From Acanthaster planci (taxonomy: Eukaryota): 64,000 nt of DNA. Position 1 is the first letter of the stretch. Each line of letters begins with the position of its first letter. The stretch is from contig NW_019091357.1 of NCBI RefSeq assembly GCF_001949145.1, positions 3,744,228 through 3,808,227 on the forward strand, read 5' to 3'. The notes under the pieces are model-generated. The model ran no database searches. It was not told the origin of the DNA and saw only the letters and a program-made list of their open reading frames with translations. Shown piece after piece: positions 13,720 to 26,469 of this stretch. The translations under genes and the position numbers were made by a program.

Positions 13720-16700
13720 ATGGCGAACAAGAGTCCTGAAGGAATCAACAAGCCTATGAAAGTTTCGGCCAAGGATGGAAGTGCAGAGAAATCGGAGACG
13801 GCCTTTGTGGATTTACCGGCCCCCACCGAATCCTTTGGCTTCCAGCGAGATCGGCTCGGAGTGGTCCTATGCATACTCGTGTGTGAATTGTGCGAGCGGC
13901 TGACCTATTACAGCATCGCAGGCAATCTGGTGCTTTACTGCACCAATAGCCTGAAATTCTCCAGTGCCGATGCAACCACGATTTCCCTCATCTTCACGGG
14001 AACATCTTACTTTTTGCCGGTGCTAGGTGGATGGATCGCCGACACGGTATCGGGGAAATTCAATGCTATACTTGGAGCCGCTCTCATTTATTGCATAGGC
14101 AAGTGCATATTGAGAGACACACTCTTCCATCTGTTCATGCATAAGTTTTGACAGTCATGATGAACATCTGAAAAACAAAAAAAAGAAGTCAGGCATGTTT
14201 TTCCTCACAGTAGACTCAGGTTTTATGGGCTAAGTTGGATATTGGTTGCCAACAGTGTATTAGCTGTCACAGTAGTGGTTCACCTAATTATACACATTTA
14301 CATCGCTTTCCATGCAGTTTCCATTTGGGAAAAACGTTAATATTTTTGAATCAAGGAATAAATGATGTTACAGTCACTCCTTGAAATTAGTGCTCTTGTT
14401 AAAGCGGTGTCCTCTACCTGGCGCGTACGACTCGCCTGAGGAACAAGGATGATCCTAATTGTTGAACGGCCAATCCGTTTCACCATGTGCGAACGGGACT
14501 TTTGAGCTCCAACGTGAATGGCAATAATGTTATGTCATATAACATGAGTTTCACCAATTAATCAGCAAGAAACTACATGTCTGTAAAAATTACCGAATTT
14601 GAGGGCGATGTGTGGCGGCAAAGAACACGTGCTGTGTTCAAGGTAACTCATGTACATATATACATTCAAGGAGTTCACGTGGAATGTTTCCGCTATTCTC
14701 ACGCGTCGTATTCAAAACTGAAAATTCATCAAGTCGGTAAGTGGTCGACCAACCGCAGGAGAGCTTAATGTTGTCCCCAAAAAGAACTGCTCGGGCGGGT
14801 TTTTTGTTTTTGAAATTTTTCAACCTTGCAATTTATTTCTTGAGCCCCAAAATATGTACGGGGGCACAATTCTTGAATTTGGGCCTCGGGATTTCATTAT
14901 TTTCACCTGAGTTCGTTGTTTCTAGCAGCCCTGCTAAAAACTGTTACGCATGCCCAAACATTAACCGGTTCACATACAAAAGGTCCTAGCGTATACATGT
15001 ATGGGCGTCAACCGGGGCCATTTTTGCCAGTAATTTCGATACAAAGGAGTTGCTGGTTAGGATTTTTGTAACCTCATCTCTTTTGTAAGTGTGGTTTCCC
15101 CCCAGCAATTTGACTTACCCAAAAAAAGAATGTAATCCGGTAGTTCTTTTCTGAATAGTGTGAGCTCCCAGATTCAACTCTAATTACTCAAGAAAGGCGC
15201 TTCCAGATTATTGGGGATGTGAGGGTCCACTTCGTAGCACCGGTCGTGTGTGGGATCGTCTTCCACGCTTTGAGTCTACCAAGCACAATGTTTGAATATG
15301 TATGTTCACCCTTTCCGTTTAGTTTGTGCGCATGCGCTAAAATTCTGTTGTTTGTTGAAATGGCGACGCCAGCCAGCAAACAACTATAAGTGACATTTCG
15401 GAGAAAATGGAGTTAAATATGTCTGTGTGCATTACATTTAATCAAAATTTTGAATTGCTCCCCAGTTTTTCCGCACATCTGCATATATTAGTAATTGAAA
15501 AAAGTATTTGAAAGGGGATATCATGTTATGTTTAAGCTATCGCGGATTGTCCTTCATTTGTTTCACCAATTTCAATTTTGGCTATCTGTAGATTGATGGT
15601 CGGCCAGGATTAATTTGTGAACATGTACATTGTACTCCATATGCACTGATACGGAGAAATGTTTCTTGTGCAAAATGTTCAATTCACATTAACCTGAAAA
15701 TACTACCGATGTTTTTATCAGGTCTCAATACAGAACGTTTTTTTTTCGTTAAAATGTAAAAATGGTTTTAAAAGGGAATGACAGTGGACCTACTTTCTTT
15801 CAAATATGCATGGTCGTGTTTATTTTCAAATCACTTTCAGAGTTTGTTTCAAATTTTGTGTTACTGTTTCCTTAAAATACGGTGGTCTAATGTTGTCTAA
15901 TCACTTTTTAGTTATCATGTTATGTCCGTGAACTTTGATTGTATTTTGTTCAAATAAATTATGGTCTCCATTCGCAGAAAGAAGTGTCAGAGCGGTGTCC
16001 CCCGCAGTCTGCCTCAAAATCCAAGGCAAAGTGATCGATTGCACATGCGCTAACTCTCAATTAAGTGGTGCACAAAGGCAGAGTAGTGAATGCACGTGTG
16101 GATACATCAACCGCGGAAATGAAACAAGAATTCTTAAAACGAACAAAAATGAAAATTGTGGTGTTAACATGTCATCCAGCGCCAAATGGTTTTGGGTGAG
16201 GTACCCAACGTCCCCGCTCAAACACGATCAAGTGTGGAGAATAAAAAGTCTGAGAAATAACAGTCCCAAAACTGTATTTTTTTCACGTTTCATTGTCTTA
16301 CTTCTCAAAACCAGGCACAACTTTACTTCCACTGATCTCCATCGATTACACCAAGTACGGCCCTCACCTCGGGCTTTCAACCGGCCAGCAGCGAGGCTTT
16401 TTCCTTTTTGGTATTGCCATCATTGCTGTCGGTACAGGAGGCATCAAATCCAACGTTGGCCCTTTTGGAGCCCAACAGTTGGATGATAAGGGGGAAGGTG
16501 CGGTCAAAACCTTCTTCAACTGGTGAGATTCTGACATACAGCTGTAGTTGACGAGTTCAATTTACGTGCGTTGAACTCTTATATTGCTCAATCCTTCCTT
16601 CACCTGGCGCAGAGAAGATTGACAATTGTTGGCGCTCACGATTCGCAGAACCACTGGTACTTTTAGGTGGAGGCCTTGAATGAATCCTTTTCAATGTGAA

Positions 16701-19700
16701 TCGTAAGGAACCCTCAAGAATTCTCCTCACATATTGCCCATTCTCATCTTGGTGCCAAACTAAGTGATCGGTAAAAACAAAGAGCAAACTGAACTTTTCA
16801 AAAAAAAAATTAAAACAAAATCAGTGGGAAAGGGCATTAAAATTTTATTGTAAGATTGCTACGTACAAATACGATGATAGGCCTACATGTAATACTTTGG
16901 TGTTTTACATGTATTGCCATTAATCTTTGACTTTTTGATAATGACATGTCATTAATTTTCATGTAAAGGTTCTACTGGTTCATCAATGTGGGTTCGGCTG
17001 TCGCCTTTTCAGCTGTGGTGTATGTGCAACAGGAAATTGGGTTTGATGTTGGGTTTGCCATTCCAGCATGTGCCCTTGTTGTGGCAATTATCATGCTTTT
17101 GATTGGTCGAAAGTGGTATCGTATGAGGCCGCCAGAGGGTGAGACCATTTTTTTCTCTTCATTTCTTTAGTTAAGGTGTAAGACTCTGTCCATCCCTCAC
17201 AACATTTTCAAACATTTTGAATTTTCACTTGAGTGTTTGAAACTTACAAGTGTGAAATCACAAATGGCAGGTTTATGATTTGTTTCAAGTGTCTGAGTGA
17301 TAAGGCCCACAACTTGCAGTTATGTCTAACATGATTCAATTCCAGTGTAATAGCACTGCAATGTGCATATGCTATGCAAGTCCCAGATTTGATGCTTGTT
17401 TTGCTTTTGAAGGGCTTCGTAAGATAAACATTGTTGAATGAAATATAATATGTGTTTAACTTTGCTGTCGTGCATTTTTGTTGAGTTTGGTTGACAAGTG
17501 TGGTTTTTGTCTCCTCGGAAATGACGGCAATGATCGGGCATCATTTTACCACGAAGACCAGACGCAGCAGAATCAATTTTCCCCTAGAATTTCACGATTT
17601 ATTTCACATTTTTCCCTCAAGGGAGCGTTTTCACAACTGTTGCCAAAATCATCTGGGAGGCTATCATCAGAGGACGTAAGCCCGGTGCAAGGAAAGACAA
17701 GAGGACCAGCTGGCTCGATAGCGCCAAGCAGAGCTTTGGCGGTCATTTTCCCGATGTTAAGGTCAACGAGGTGAAGTCCCTGGGAAGAATTCTACCTGTC
17801 TTTGCTGTCATCATCTTCTACTGGACTGTGTACAACCAGGTGTGTAGGTTATTTTTTGTGTTCAACCAGCTCACATTTGGTAGTGGACGAGTCATGTGTA
17901 TGATATGAGGAAGCTTAGTAAACACCCGTTCTGGGGTCGCACAAAACCAAACAGAATTAAGAGCGACTCGGGTCGACCCAACTTAAACTTTGGTTTCAGA
18001 AAGACGAAATTAATACACACACACGTGCATTGCGTTGGGCCCGTAAAAGGAACGACGTCTTTCTGAGCGCCTTCAAGTGTCGATCCCTCGCCTGGTAGCA
18101 CGCCAAGTCGCTCCTATTTTTTTCTGACGTCTATTTTTACTTTACGTAATTCAAAACTTGCTTATAATTTGTTTCGGCGCGACTCTAGAACGCCTATCAA
18201 AAACCTGTGTTGGACATATTAGCCTGTGTCCATGAGAGTGGTATGTCTTTTGCCTAAACAGGTTAAAGAACTGGCTGACACATCAACCCATCACAAATAC
18301 CTGAACTCCCAATGTTCAAAACCGTTAGTTCGGGTTTTGTAAGATTGATGTAGTTCCTTGCTCTTCACTTAAAATCCTAGTAGGCCTATATACCACACGC
18401 TTGGAGCTATCTCATAGGCCTACAGTGCATTTCTTATCTCTATTATTCATTTTCAAAACTATAAAAGAGAAAATGTATATGTTTGCTGAAATAACCATGC
18501 ATTTAAAAGTCATTAAAATTAAATAAGCTGCACACTAAATTACACACATCAAAACAACTTACACATGTAACAATGCACATGCACTTTGCCCATCTATTAT
18601 CAATGATGTACGATGCAATCTCTATATGGAAAACTTTCACCACATTTCGCGCAGAAGAGAATTGACCGCTGTGCAGCAACTTGTGTCGGCCTTGACCCCC
18701 ACAACCCTAATTGTTTATCTCCAGTCAATGGACAGGGCCATTTCCTGCAATGGGGGAGCAGAGAATGTACATGTACAATCATGTAAGCTTTGGACTCCAC
18801 AGAAAACGCTTTTGGCGTTCCTCTTAATACTGTAGCGCCGGCGGGTCCGGCCGGTGGGGGCGCCAGCTCGGACCCGCATGGAGTTGGCTGGCTGCCCGCG
18901 CTGGTTGCGAACGGCCCGCGGTTTTCCCGCCTCGCGCCTGCGCAGTCCCTGCCTTCAGGCGTCATGTTAAAAAGGTTTGTCGGAAGAGGACATTGTGGTG
19001 CTGTCAGATTGCGACAGAATAAAGCAGAGATTTTTGTGACCAGAACAGTGAGTTGCACCTGAGTGTCGTTCTTACAGCGTCGAATCCTGTGCAGCGGGAC
19101 ACGCTACAATACATAAAAATCAACAATGAAGTGAAAGAAAAATCCATACATTCCTCGTCCACGAAGGAAGGAAATTCTCCATGTCTCATCAAATCTGTAC
19201 ACTGCACTGCAAGCAAATGCACGAGGCACCACCCTCACAAGGCAGGTTAATGTTGAAATTAATACACAACACGGCATCTATTTTTGCTTTAGTAAGCGAA
19301 AATTCGTGTGGTTTTCTCAATGAAAAGTGTTGTGAGCATCACAGCATAACTGATTGTTATACTATTAATTATTTTAGGAACTGCTACACAAAGCAAACGA
19401 CAATTGTGAGAAAGATTGAAACTCCTCGAGAGCAGTTGTGTCTTCTTTCGTGTCCACTTGTGTGAGAGGATTGCAGAACCAGACTACATTTACTTGCATG
19501 TATTACGGGGTCACCAACAAACACGAAACGCTCCTTATAATTGGAAAAGCCACACTTTATTCTCGGCCAATCAAAATAACTTTTACATAAATGGAAAGAG
19601 AATCTCTTCTATTTTTTTTATTTGGCGTCCGAGATGGCTTAGTACGATGGCGTTAACATTTTCGCCGTTTCAATCAGTGAGCAAACCCACGGGAGAGGCA

Positions 19701-22700
19701 TTCATTTTCCTGTTGACCTCCATAGGAAATACATTTCTTTTTACAAATTTTACTTGATTTTTGAATGAAAAACGCCAGATGTTCTCAGCTGAAATCTTCG
19801 TCGGCGTTCAGACCAACATGAAGGGAGAAACCAGGCTCTTCAGTATTGAGCGAGACGGTGAAATAAAGATTTGCATTTTTTTATGAATGAAAGCGTGCTG
19901 AGTGGGGCATTGTGAGCCTGGTGTTTCCCGTGCTGTGGGTCTCCCTGTCGATGCTGTTGAGCAAATGCGCGAAAGTTTTCCATATCGGGGGAGGGGGTAG
20001 ATTTGTCCTTTAAAACACATAATATGCCTATTTAAAGTACAATAATTAATTCGTAAAGCATATTGTCTAGCGAGGAATATGAAAGTGAAGGACTGTTATC
20101 AGGCCACTCATGTTCAAAAGGCCTATAAAACGGTTCATACTTAGTGCAAAAAGTCCTGTTTATTAAAAATATATCTGGCATCAGATAAGGCTGAACTGTA
20201 GCACAAAGGTGCACAAAGAGCAAGCTTTACAATTTAACAGACAGACACTGCATTGGATAGAGATAAACGGAGCAAGGAAGAAGACCTTGAGAAGAGCCTG
20301 GTAAAGTAAGGGATGGGGCTATTGCTGAAACGGTTGGTTTTGCAGGAGCATTCTTGAAGGATTCACTTTGTAAGTATTTTTAGATTTAGTGAACCACTTG
20401 TTAAATCTTATTTTTTTTTGACAAATTACTTGTTCCCAGATGTCCACAACCTATTTGCTGCAAGGTGAGCGTATGCGTATCGTCTACAATAACTTCACCA
20501 TTCCAGTAGCTGCTATTAACCTCTTCGACATTGTAATTATTCTTGTCCTCATTCCTTTTGTGGATCGTGTCTTCTACCCGTTTATGGCCAAGCTTGGATA
20601 TCCGCTCTCGTCACTGAGGAGAATTGGTAAGAATAATAAAATGCTTTGTATATGGATCATTAAATTGTGTGGAAGTGAGCAAGAAAGCAAAATTGGTGTT
20701 GCACACTATTTCCATAAAAATTTGCCAAGACTGAAATTAATTTAACTTCCCCAACTTATCCCGGAGCAAATACTGTGAAAGAAATGACAAACAGGAAAGT
20801 TGTCATCGGAGGAATAAACTTCAAGCAAACAACATGGAATTCATAGTTGCCTTCCAGGAGATGGAACAAGCTTATGTATATTTAGTATTTATTCGGAAAT
20901 ATAGACGAATTGTATTACACTTTTTGTCACGCAGGTATTGGAATGGTCTTGGCTGTATTGTCCATGGTGATTGCTGCCGGAATTGAATTTGCGCGAAAAG
21001 CAAACATTGAGGAGTATGGATACTTCAAACAGGAATTGGCCAACAAAGCTTTCAATGCATCTGAGTTGTCAATTTTTGCACAGATCCCTCAGTACACATT
21101 GATAGGAGCCAGTGAGGTGTTTACAAGTATTACAGGCAAGTGCATATTTATACGATATCTTGCAAGCATACAGGGCATCTATATCTTGCCACCCAAAGAG
21201 CTGCCTCTAGTACCAATTTGTCGGCATAGCACGTTCTTCAGAAAAAGAATAGGAAACGTATATAATAGTGTTCCAGTTTAGTGTAAGGGTAATTCACGTT
21301 CATACCCGCATCACGACCAGTTTGTGTGGCTCTTTGCACAGTAGTTCCAAGATGTCCACAACTTCTTGGCTGCAAGGTGATGAGTGGAGTATCCGTCCAC
21401 GTATTACATTCCTTAACTATTCGATACCACTTTCAAGTTGGTTTTTGTAGTCCATGTTCTTACTTCCGCAGGAATTCCCAGCCTCCTGTGGTTGGCTAGA
21501 GCGTCAAGGTGGTCTCACGTAATTCTTTTTTGTTGATTGTAGTGGGTATCGTTTCTGTCGTTTCGCATGAGAGGTGGGACAACCTTTGGTCACAGATCAC
21601 GTCATCTGATTGTTTTTCCAAATGCTACAGATGACCCACCCAATCCCTCGTGACTTTTCCTAAATCCTCGTGCTGCTACTTTTGGAGGGGGGTTCAATCT
21701 TGGAATAACCCCAGGCAGTCACTGAAGCCAGCCTGAAACACCCCCTGTCCAATGTCTTAGCATGTGTTTGCATACACAATCCCCACTGCACATGGTTGTG
21801 AAGAAAATATCCCCTCCCCTATTGTACTAGTGAATCATGCCAGTGAATTTAGACCAATGAGATACTGTTTGGGATCATCAGCGTGGCGTGTATTGGGCTG
21901 TATTGCTGACGCTACAGCAGATGGTTTATAAAAATGTTGCCTTACAATGTCTGTCTGCTGATGGATATATATATGAAAAACAGGTACAAATGATAAAAAC
22001 ATTTGTTTTCGTTTTTTAACATTGGTATGAATGTGCCCTACTTAAAATCTATGGTATCCTCTGTTCAGAGTTTGCATACCCAATTAGTCTGATTACAAGC
22101 GATGTAAATAGGAGCAGAGGGGCATTGGTGTGCCTTTTACGTCTTACATTTTTTCTGGATTCTTCCACTAACAAATTAAATCATAAGATATCCAGTTCAA
22201 GAAAGATGCTTTATTTTGTCACCTACAAACTTGTTTCCTCGTTGCAGGCCTGGAGTTCGCATATTCTCAATCCCCAAAAGCTATGCAAGGAGTAGTCATG
22301 GGGCTCTTTCTCTTAACATCTGGACTTGGCAGCTACATTGGATCACTACTCGTTGTAGTCGTAAATGCAATTACATCAGGCAAGTCACATATGAGTTTTT
22401 AGAAATGGTTTACTTCAGTTGTGGTTAACACGGAAACTTGGAACTTGGATCAAGAAACATGTATCTCTGCCAAATTAACTACTATCGTTGACTGAAGCTA
22501 TCTAACAACCCTTTTGCAATTTTTCCACAAGGCTAGAGTCAAATTTGACTAAAATGCTCATTGTATTGACTTTTGCACATACATTTTGTATGTGGGAAAT
22601 ATGTATGTATTTATGTATTTGCATAAGTACGCTTTGAATTTGTTAAACTGTTACTGTATCGTGTGGGTAAATGCAAGTTCCCATGAATAGGCATTCACGA

Positions 22701-23476
22701 AATGTCCAGCACTAAAACAACATTCGTAATACCTGACTACAGTACTAAGAGACCAAGTTACTATCTAGAGCAGATAATAACTAGTGTCAAGCTTGAATCA
22801 TGTGAATGAATTACTTCGTACATGTATGTATCAATCTGGTTCAAAAACCTGTCAATTCCCCCAGCATGTGATAAGTTGTAATGGCATTGCCATCACAGAC
22901 CATAACATACAATAAAATGTACGATAAAGTTTCTGGGGTTCAGCTTGCGTATAGAAGGGGCAATACGTAATCAAAATCACCAAAGAAAACATAATTGTCG
23001 ACGTTGGAAATTTTTAGAGAAAGAATTCCTCCCATTTGGTTACTAGACCGTGGTTTTCACCCAACTCTTCATTCTTCCAAATATTCAAATTATTTTGGTC
23101 TGGGAGTCAAACACACTTTGGTGTTGAAAACCAAATTTGAAAATGCAGTTGTGTTGTAAAGAAGGAAAACCACCTGCTCTTTCGATTTGTAATTACAGAA
23201 GATGAGTGGATACCCGATGAAATCAACTACGGCCACCTCGAGTACTTCTTTTTCCTTCTTGCCGTGATAATGACCATCAATTTTGTCTGCTTTCTGTTGA
23301 TTGCGAGGGGTTACGTGTACGTAAAGGATGCTGAGCTCATTTTACTTCCGGAGACCGATGATGAGAGCAGTAGGAGGAGCAGTCTTGCCGGGGGCAATCG
23401 TCGAAATAATCAGAAAGATACCACACCCCTTTTGATGAATGATGATGTAGCACCTACTTCATTTACAATTAACTAG
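13720..23476 (+). CDS. SLC15A4: SLC15/POT (PTR2) proton-coupled peptide/histidine transporter, SLC15A4-like; 8 coding exons
   Basis: Exons 13720-14098, 16315-16522, 16969-17138, 17622-17839, 20440-20626, 20935-21135, 22248-22379 and 23199-23476 splice in frame. Family motifs ELCERLTYY (ExxERxxYY), GGWIADTVSGKF, GTGGIKSNVGPFGAQQ, FFNWFYWFINVGS, QIPQYTLIGASEVF and GLEFAYSQSPKAMQG. The symbol indicates the closest subfamily, not proven orthology. Confidence 0.92.
17927..18192. mobile_element. Degenerate MITE-like element in SLC15 intron 4
   Basis: Imperfect terminal inverted repeats CGTTCTGGGGTCGCAC ... GCGCGACTCTAGAACG. Confidence 0.4.
18831..19108 (+). mobile_element. Solo LTR (278 bp), probably Gypsy-type
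   Basis: Starts TGTAGCG and ends CGCTACA (7-bp inverted termini, TG...CA). Flanked by the 4-bp direct repeat ATAC (18827-18830 and 19109-19112). GC-rich 5' half, TTAAAAAG TATA-like word near 18967, AATAAA at 19018. Confidence 0.85.
21344..21430 (+). pseudogene. Degenerate partial copy of SLC15 exon 5 inside intron 6
   Basis: GTTCCAAG|ATGTCCACAACTTCTTGGCTGCAAGGTGA matches the exon 5 start GTTCCCAG|ATGTCCACAACCTATTTGCTGCAAGGTGA (MSTTSWLQG vs MSTTYLLQG). Confidence 0.6.
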
Positions 23477-26469
23477 TGCACTGTAATACTATTTGAGCAT
23501 CTCCACCAACATCCGTGCTAAGTTGCTAACATCCCTCAATGTGCCGGTGTAGCCAATTCACAAATTATTTGAGCACAAAATAAATTCTATATAATCATCT
23601 TTTCTATTACGTGTATCTGTATAAGCAGATGTTTCCCAGCAACATAAATCTACCTTCGTTGTTCCAGATCCGCACAGTATTTTTTTCGGACAGTTTTGCG
23701 TTTTTTGTTTGTTATTTATTGATTGCCTTCTCACACCTGTATACTCCCTTCAAACACCCAACCCCCTTAATTTTTCATGGATCTGCTGTTGTCATATGTG
23801 TCTATAATTGCCCTCTTGTTATCGTCTATACATTGCATACCCCGTCGGTATATTGTGCTGTGTTACTTGCTTTGTATTTTCAGATTTTCGATATCATCCT
23901 GTATATTAGTTATAGTCGAATACATAAATGATGATAAATCTTATAAAATAAACAGTACAGAACAACTAGGCCCAAAGCAGGCTGAGCTTCACTGACAGTA
24001 GCCTACCTTGAATGTAAAGGCAAAGCACTCCATTGTTAAAAATTGGTCCCAAAAACTTAGTTGACGAGACAAATAAACAAACAGTTGTTCACAGCGTCCC
24101 CAGTTGTAAATACTGATTGATTAAATAATCCTTAACAAAGACGGCACCTAGTTTTGCAATCATAGAGCGCAAAATCAAATGACGCCCATTGTTATGACAT
24201 TATCGTGCACGCTTACTTTTGTAATAAACGACATAAGCTTACGCGTCAGTGAACTGCCCATTTTATGTTAATTTTCAGTATTTTTTTCGAAAATAACGTT
24301 CATAATGTTTATAGTAATTAAGAATTTTCTTGAGGTTCGGATGTGATTTTTTATGCCTGAAATTTCTTCTGGATCTTTCCACTATAAAATTAATTCATAG
24401 TTTTGCACTCATGGGCATAAATGGCCATGGCGGCAAGAAGCTCAAGCTACCCAGTAAAAATGTACATGGGTACAAACTTTAGATTCTCCGAGGTTTTCCA
24501 TTTTTGTCTTAAAGAAATCCCATAAGTAATACGTCCATTTCTTTCTTACCTAAGTGGGGTATCTGACGTACGAAATAAAGAATTGACTAGAGATTGGCGT
24601 TTGAGTTTCCAACGCATGAGTGATCAGTCAAATTTTCATTTCGTGTGACAATGCCTCTGAAACATGCATACAAATTCATCGATGATGTCATTGTGACGTC
24701 ACTATATGAAACAAATGTTTTTGAAAGGAAATTGTTAATCTCAATGGGCATATAATTGAAATGATTTATATTAATTTCCTTTACTTTTATAAATATTGAA
24801 ATAACGACCTAATAAATTTACTTTCAGAGTACCCAAAACACCAAAAAGTTATTGCCTTTTTTGTTTTCGCTTACTCAGTCGCTGATCATTTTTAAGGCTG
24901 TCAACTTTGGCGTACGTGTAGAGATCATTGGTTGGCCCAAGCCAACCGCAGAAATTCAGGCTTGCCACCTTTACATTTTGTTCCCCTTATGTGGGGCCAT
25001 CGAGCCGCCTTCCTTACCAGACACCAATTACGTACTGCATGCCCAGAGCGTGAATATCATCAATGGATGTTCTTATAACTACCCTCTGGCCCAGACAGAG
25101 CCTCCGGTACCTTTGATTGGTACTACTGCAGTGCAGCAAGGAAGAGGAGATATTTATAGAAAGGCTTGAGCAAGCTAATCTGTCTGCGTCTGCTATAGGT
25201 GTCATTTTAGGAGTTGGATTTCTTGTAATTGCCCTTATTACAAATTATGTGTGGTTTCAATAGCTCTAGTTGGTGGTGGTGGGGTTGGAAGTGGGGGCAG
25301 GTGCAAAAAAGTCACCAAAGGTCATAGAGTACAAGGGGTTTTTTTGCGTTTTAATGTAATACTTGTATGTCTTTGCCCTGGTTGTAGAAGAACATTTCAT
25401 ACAAAAAAATAGACTTTAAAAAAAAGAACAAATCATTGGAAGTGCAGAGTTCATAAAATTAACTTTTATTTCCTTGCTTTGAATTCCTCTGTATAAAACT
25501 AAGTGGAAAAGTCATATCTTTTGTTCTCAAATAAATTTCAGTGTAAAATAATTTCTCTTCAGGACTTTCACATTATTAGCGTATTATTCTGCGTATGCCT
25601 TCTCGCGGTGTCTGTGCGCTCTCGAAGGTCGCTGGAGGCTTTTCTTCGGTGCTGCTTGCATTCAAACAGTACTAGACACACATGCTGTCTACATTGAGGT
25701 AGTTATAACGACCAATTTTCAAATGATTACAGCAGCATTTCGCTACAGACATCAACGGACAAAACTGTTATACCTTTTTAGGTACTTTGCAAGACGACGG
25801 ATGGCACGATTGATTTCAAACGGATTTTTAAAGACTGAAAAATATAAAAACTCAAATTGCTTTTTAACCCTTGATGACGTCATGATGAAGTAAAAGTAAT
25901 ACGAACCCTTTGGGATCAGGCTCTATGTTCCCAGTTATAATATCATATCCTAAGCAGTCTCAGAAAGCTGTGAGAAATGAAGGAAGACGGACAGAAAGAA
26001 ATGAAGACTTCTGTGAGTGACCGGTATGTCCCTGAAGTTTGAACTGCCCAGATACACTTGCCGCCATTTTCAATAATATTCGCGCGTGCATGATCAGTGG
26101 CAAGCAATATCACAGAGCTGATTAACAGTTAGCGGGAAAGTCGTACTTACTAAAGCAGAAAAAAAGTATCACCTAGTAAGTGCTGCTTCATGTTACCACG
26201 TTAAGCGGTTTCTTCTCTCCAAGGTTGGCCCACCGTTTGCCATGTTTACTGCCCACGGTCTCAATGAAATACATGGTGTCTGCTTAGCAGCACCGTGAAA
26301 TTTGGCCCAGGTCTACTACATTACCATAAATACTCTCATTTCGAGCCCCACTTTGAACGGATCGCATGTATTTCTCCTTCCAGCGCTTTATTCACAAAAA
26401 CGAGTGACCTGGTGATTTACAATGCAAGCCGTCGGGATCAGTAGAGTTCATTGTGTAAATGATCACGGC

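Noticed and set aside
18700..19112. Telomerase-RNA-like cues: AACCCTAA at 18703, GC-rich helices, AGAGGA H-box-like word, hairpin followed by ACA
   Set aside because: No convincing pseudoknot near the template-like word, and the structured part is exactly bounded by TG...CA termini and an ATAC TSD, so a solo LTR explains it.
24852..26455. Possible polyamine-sensing upstream conserved coding region (PPW-type uORF) before ODC copy A: YNYP...EPP peptide near 25075-25107 and YNASRRDQ-stop near 26420-26454
   Set aside because: The defining PPW motif was not found and the resemblances need several indels or unsupported splicing.
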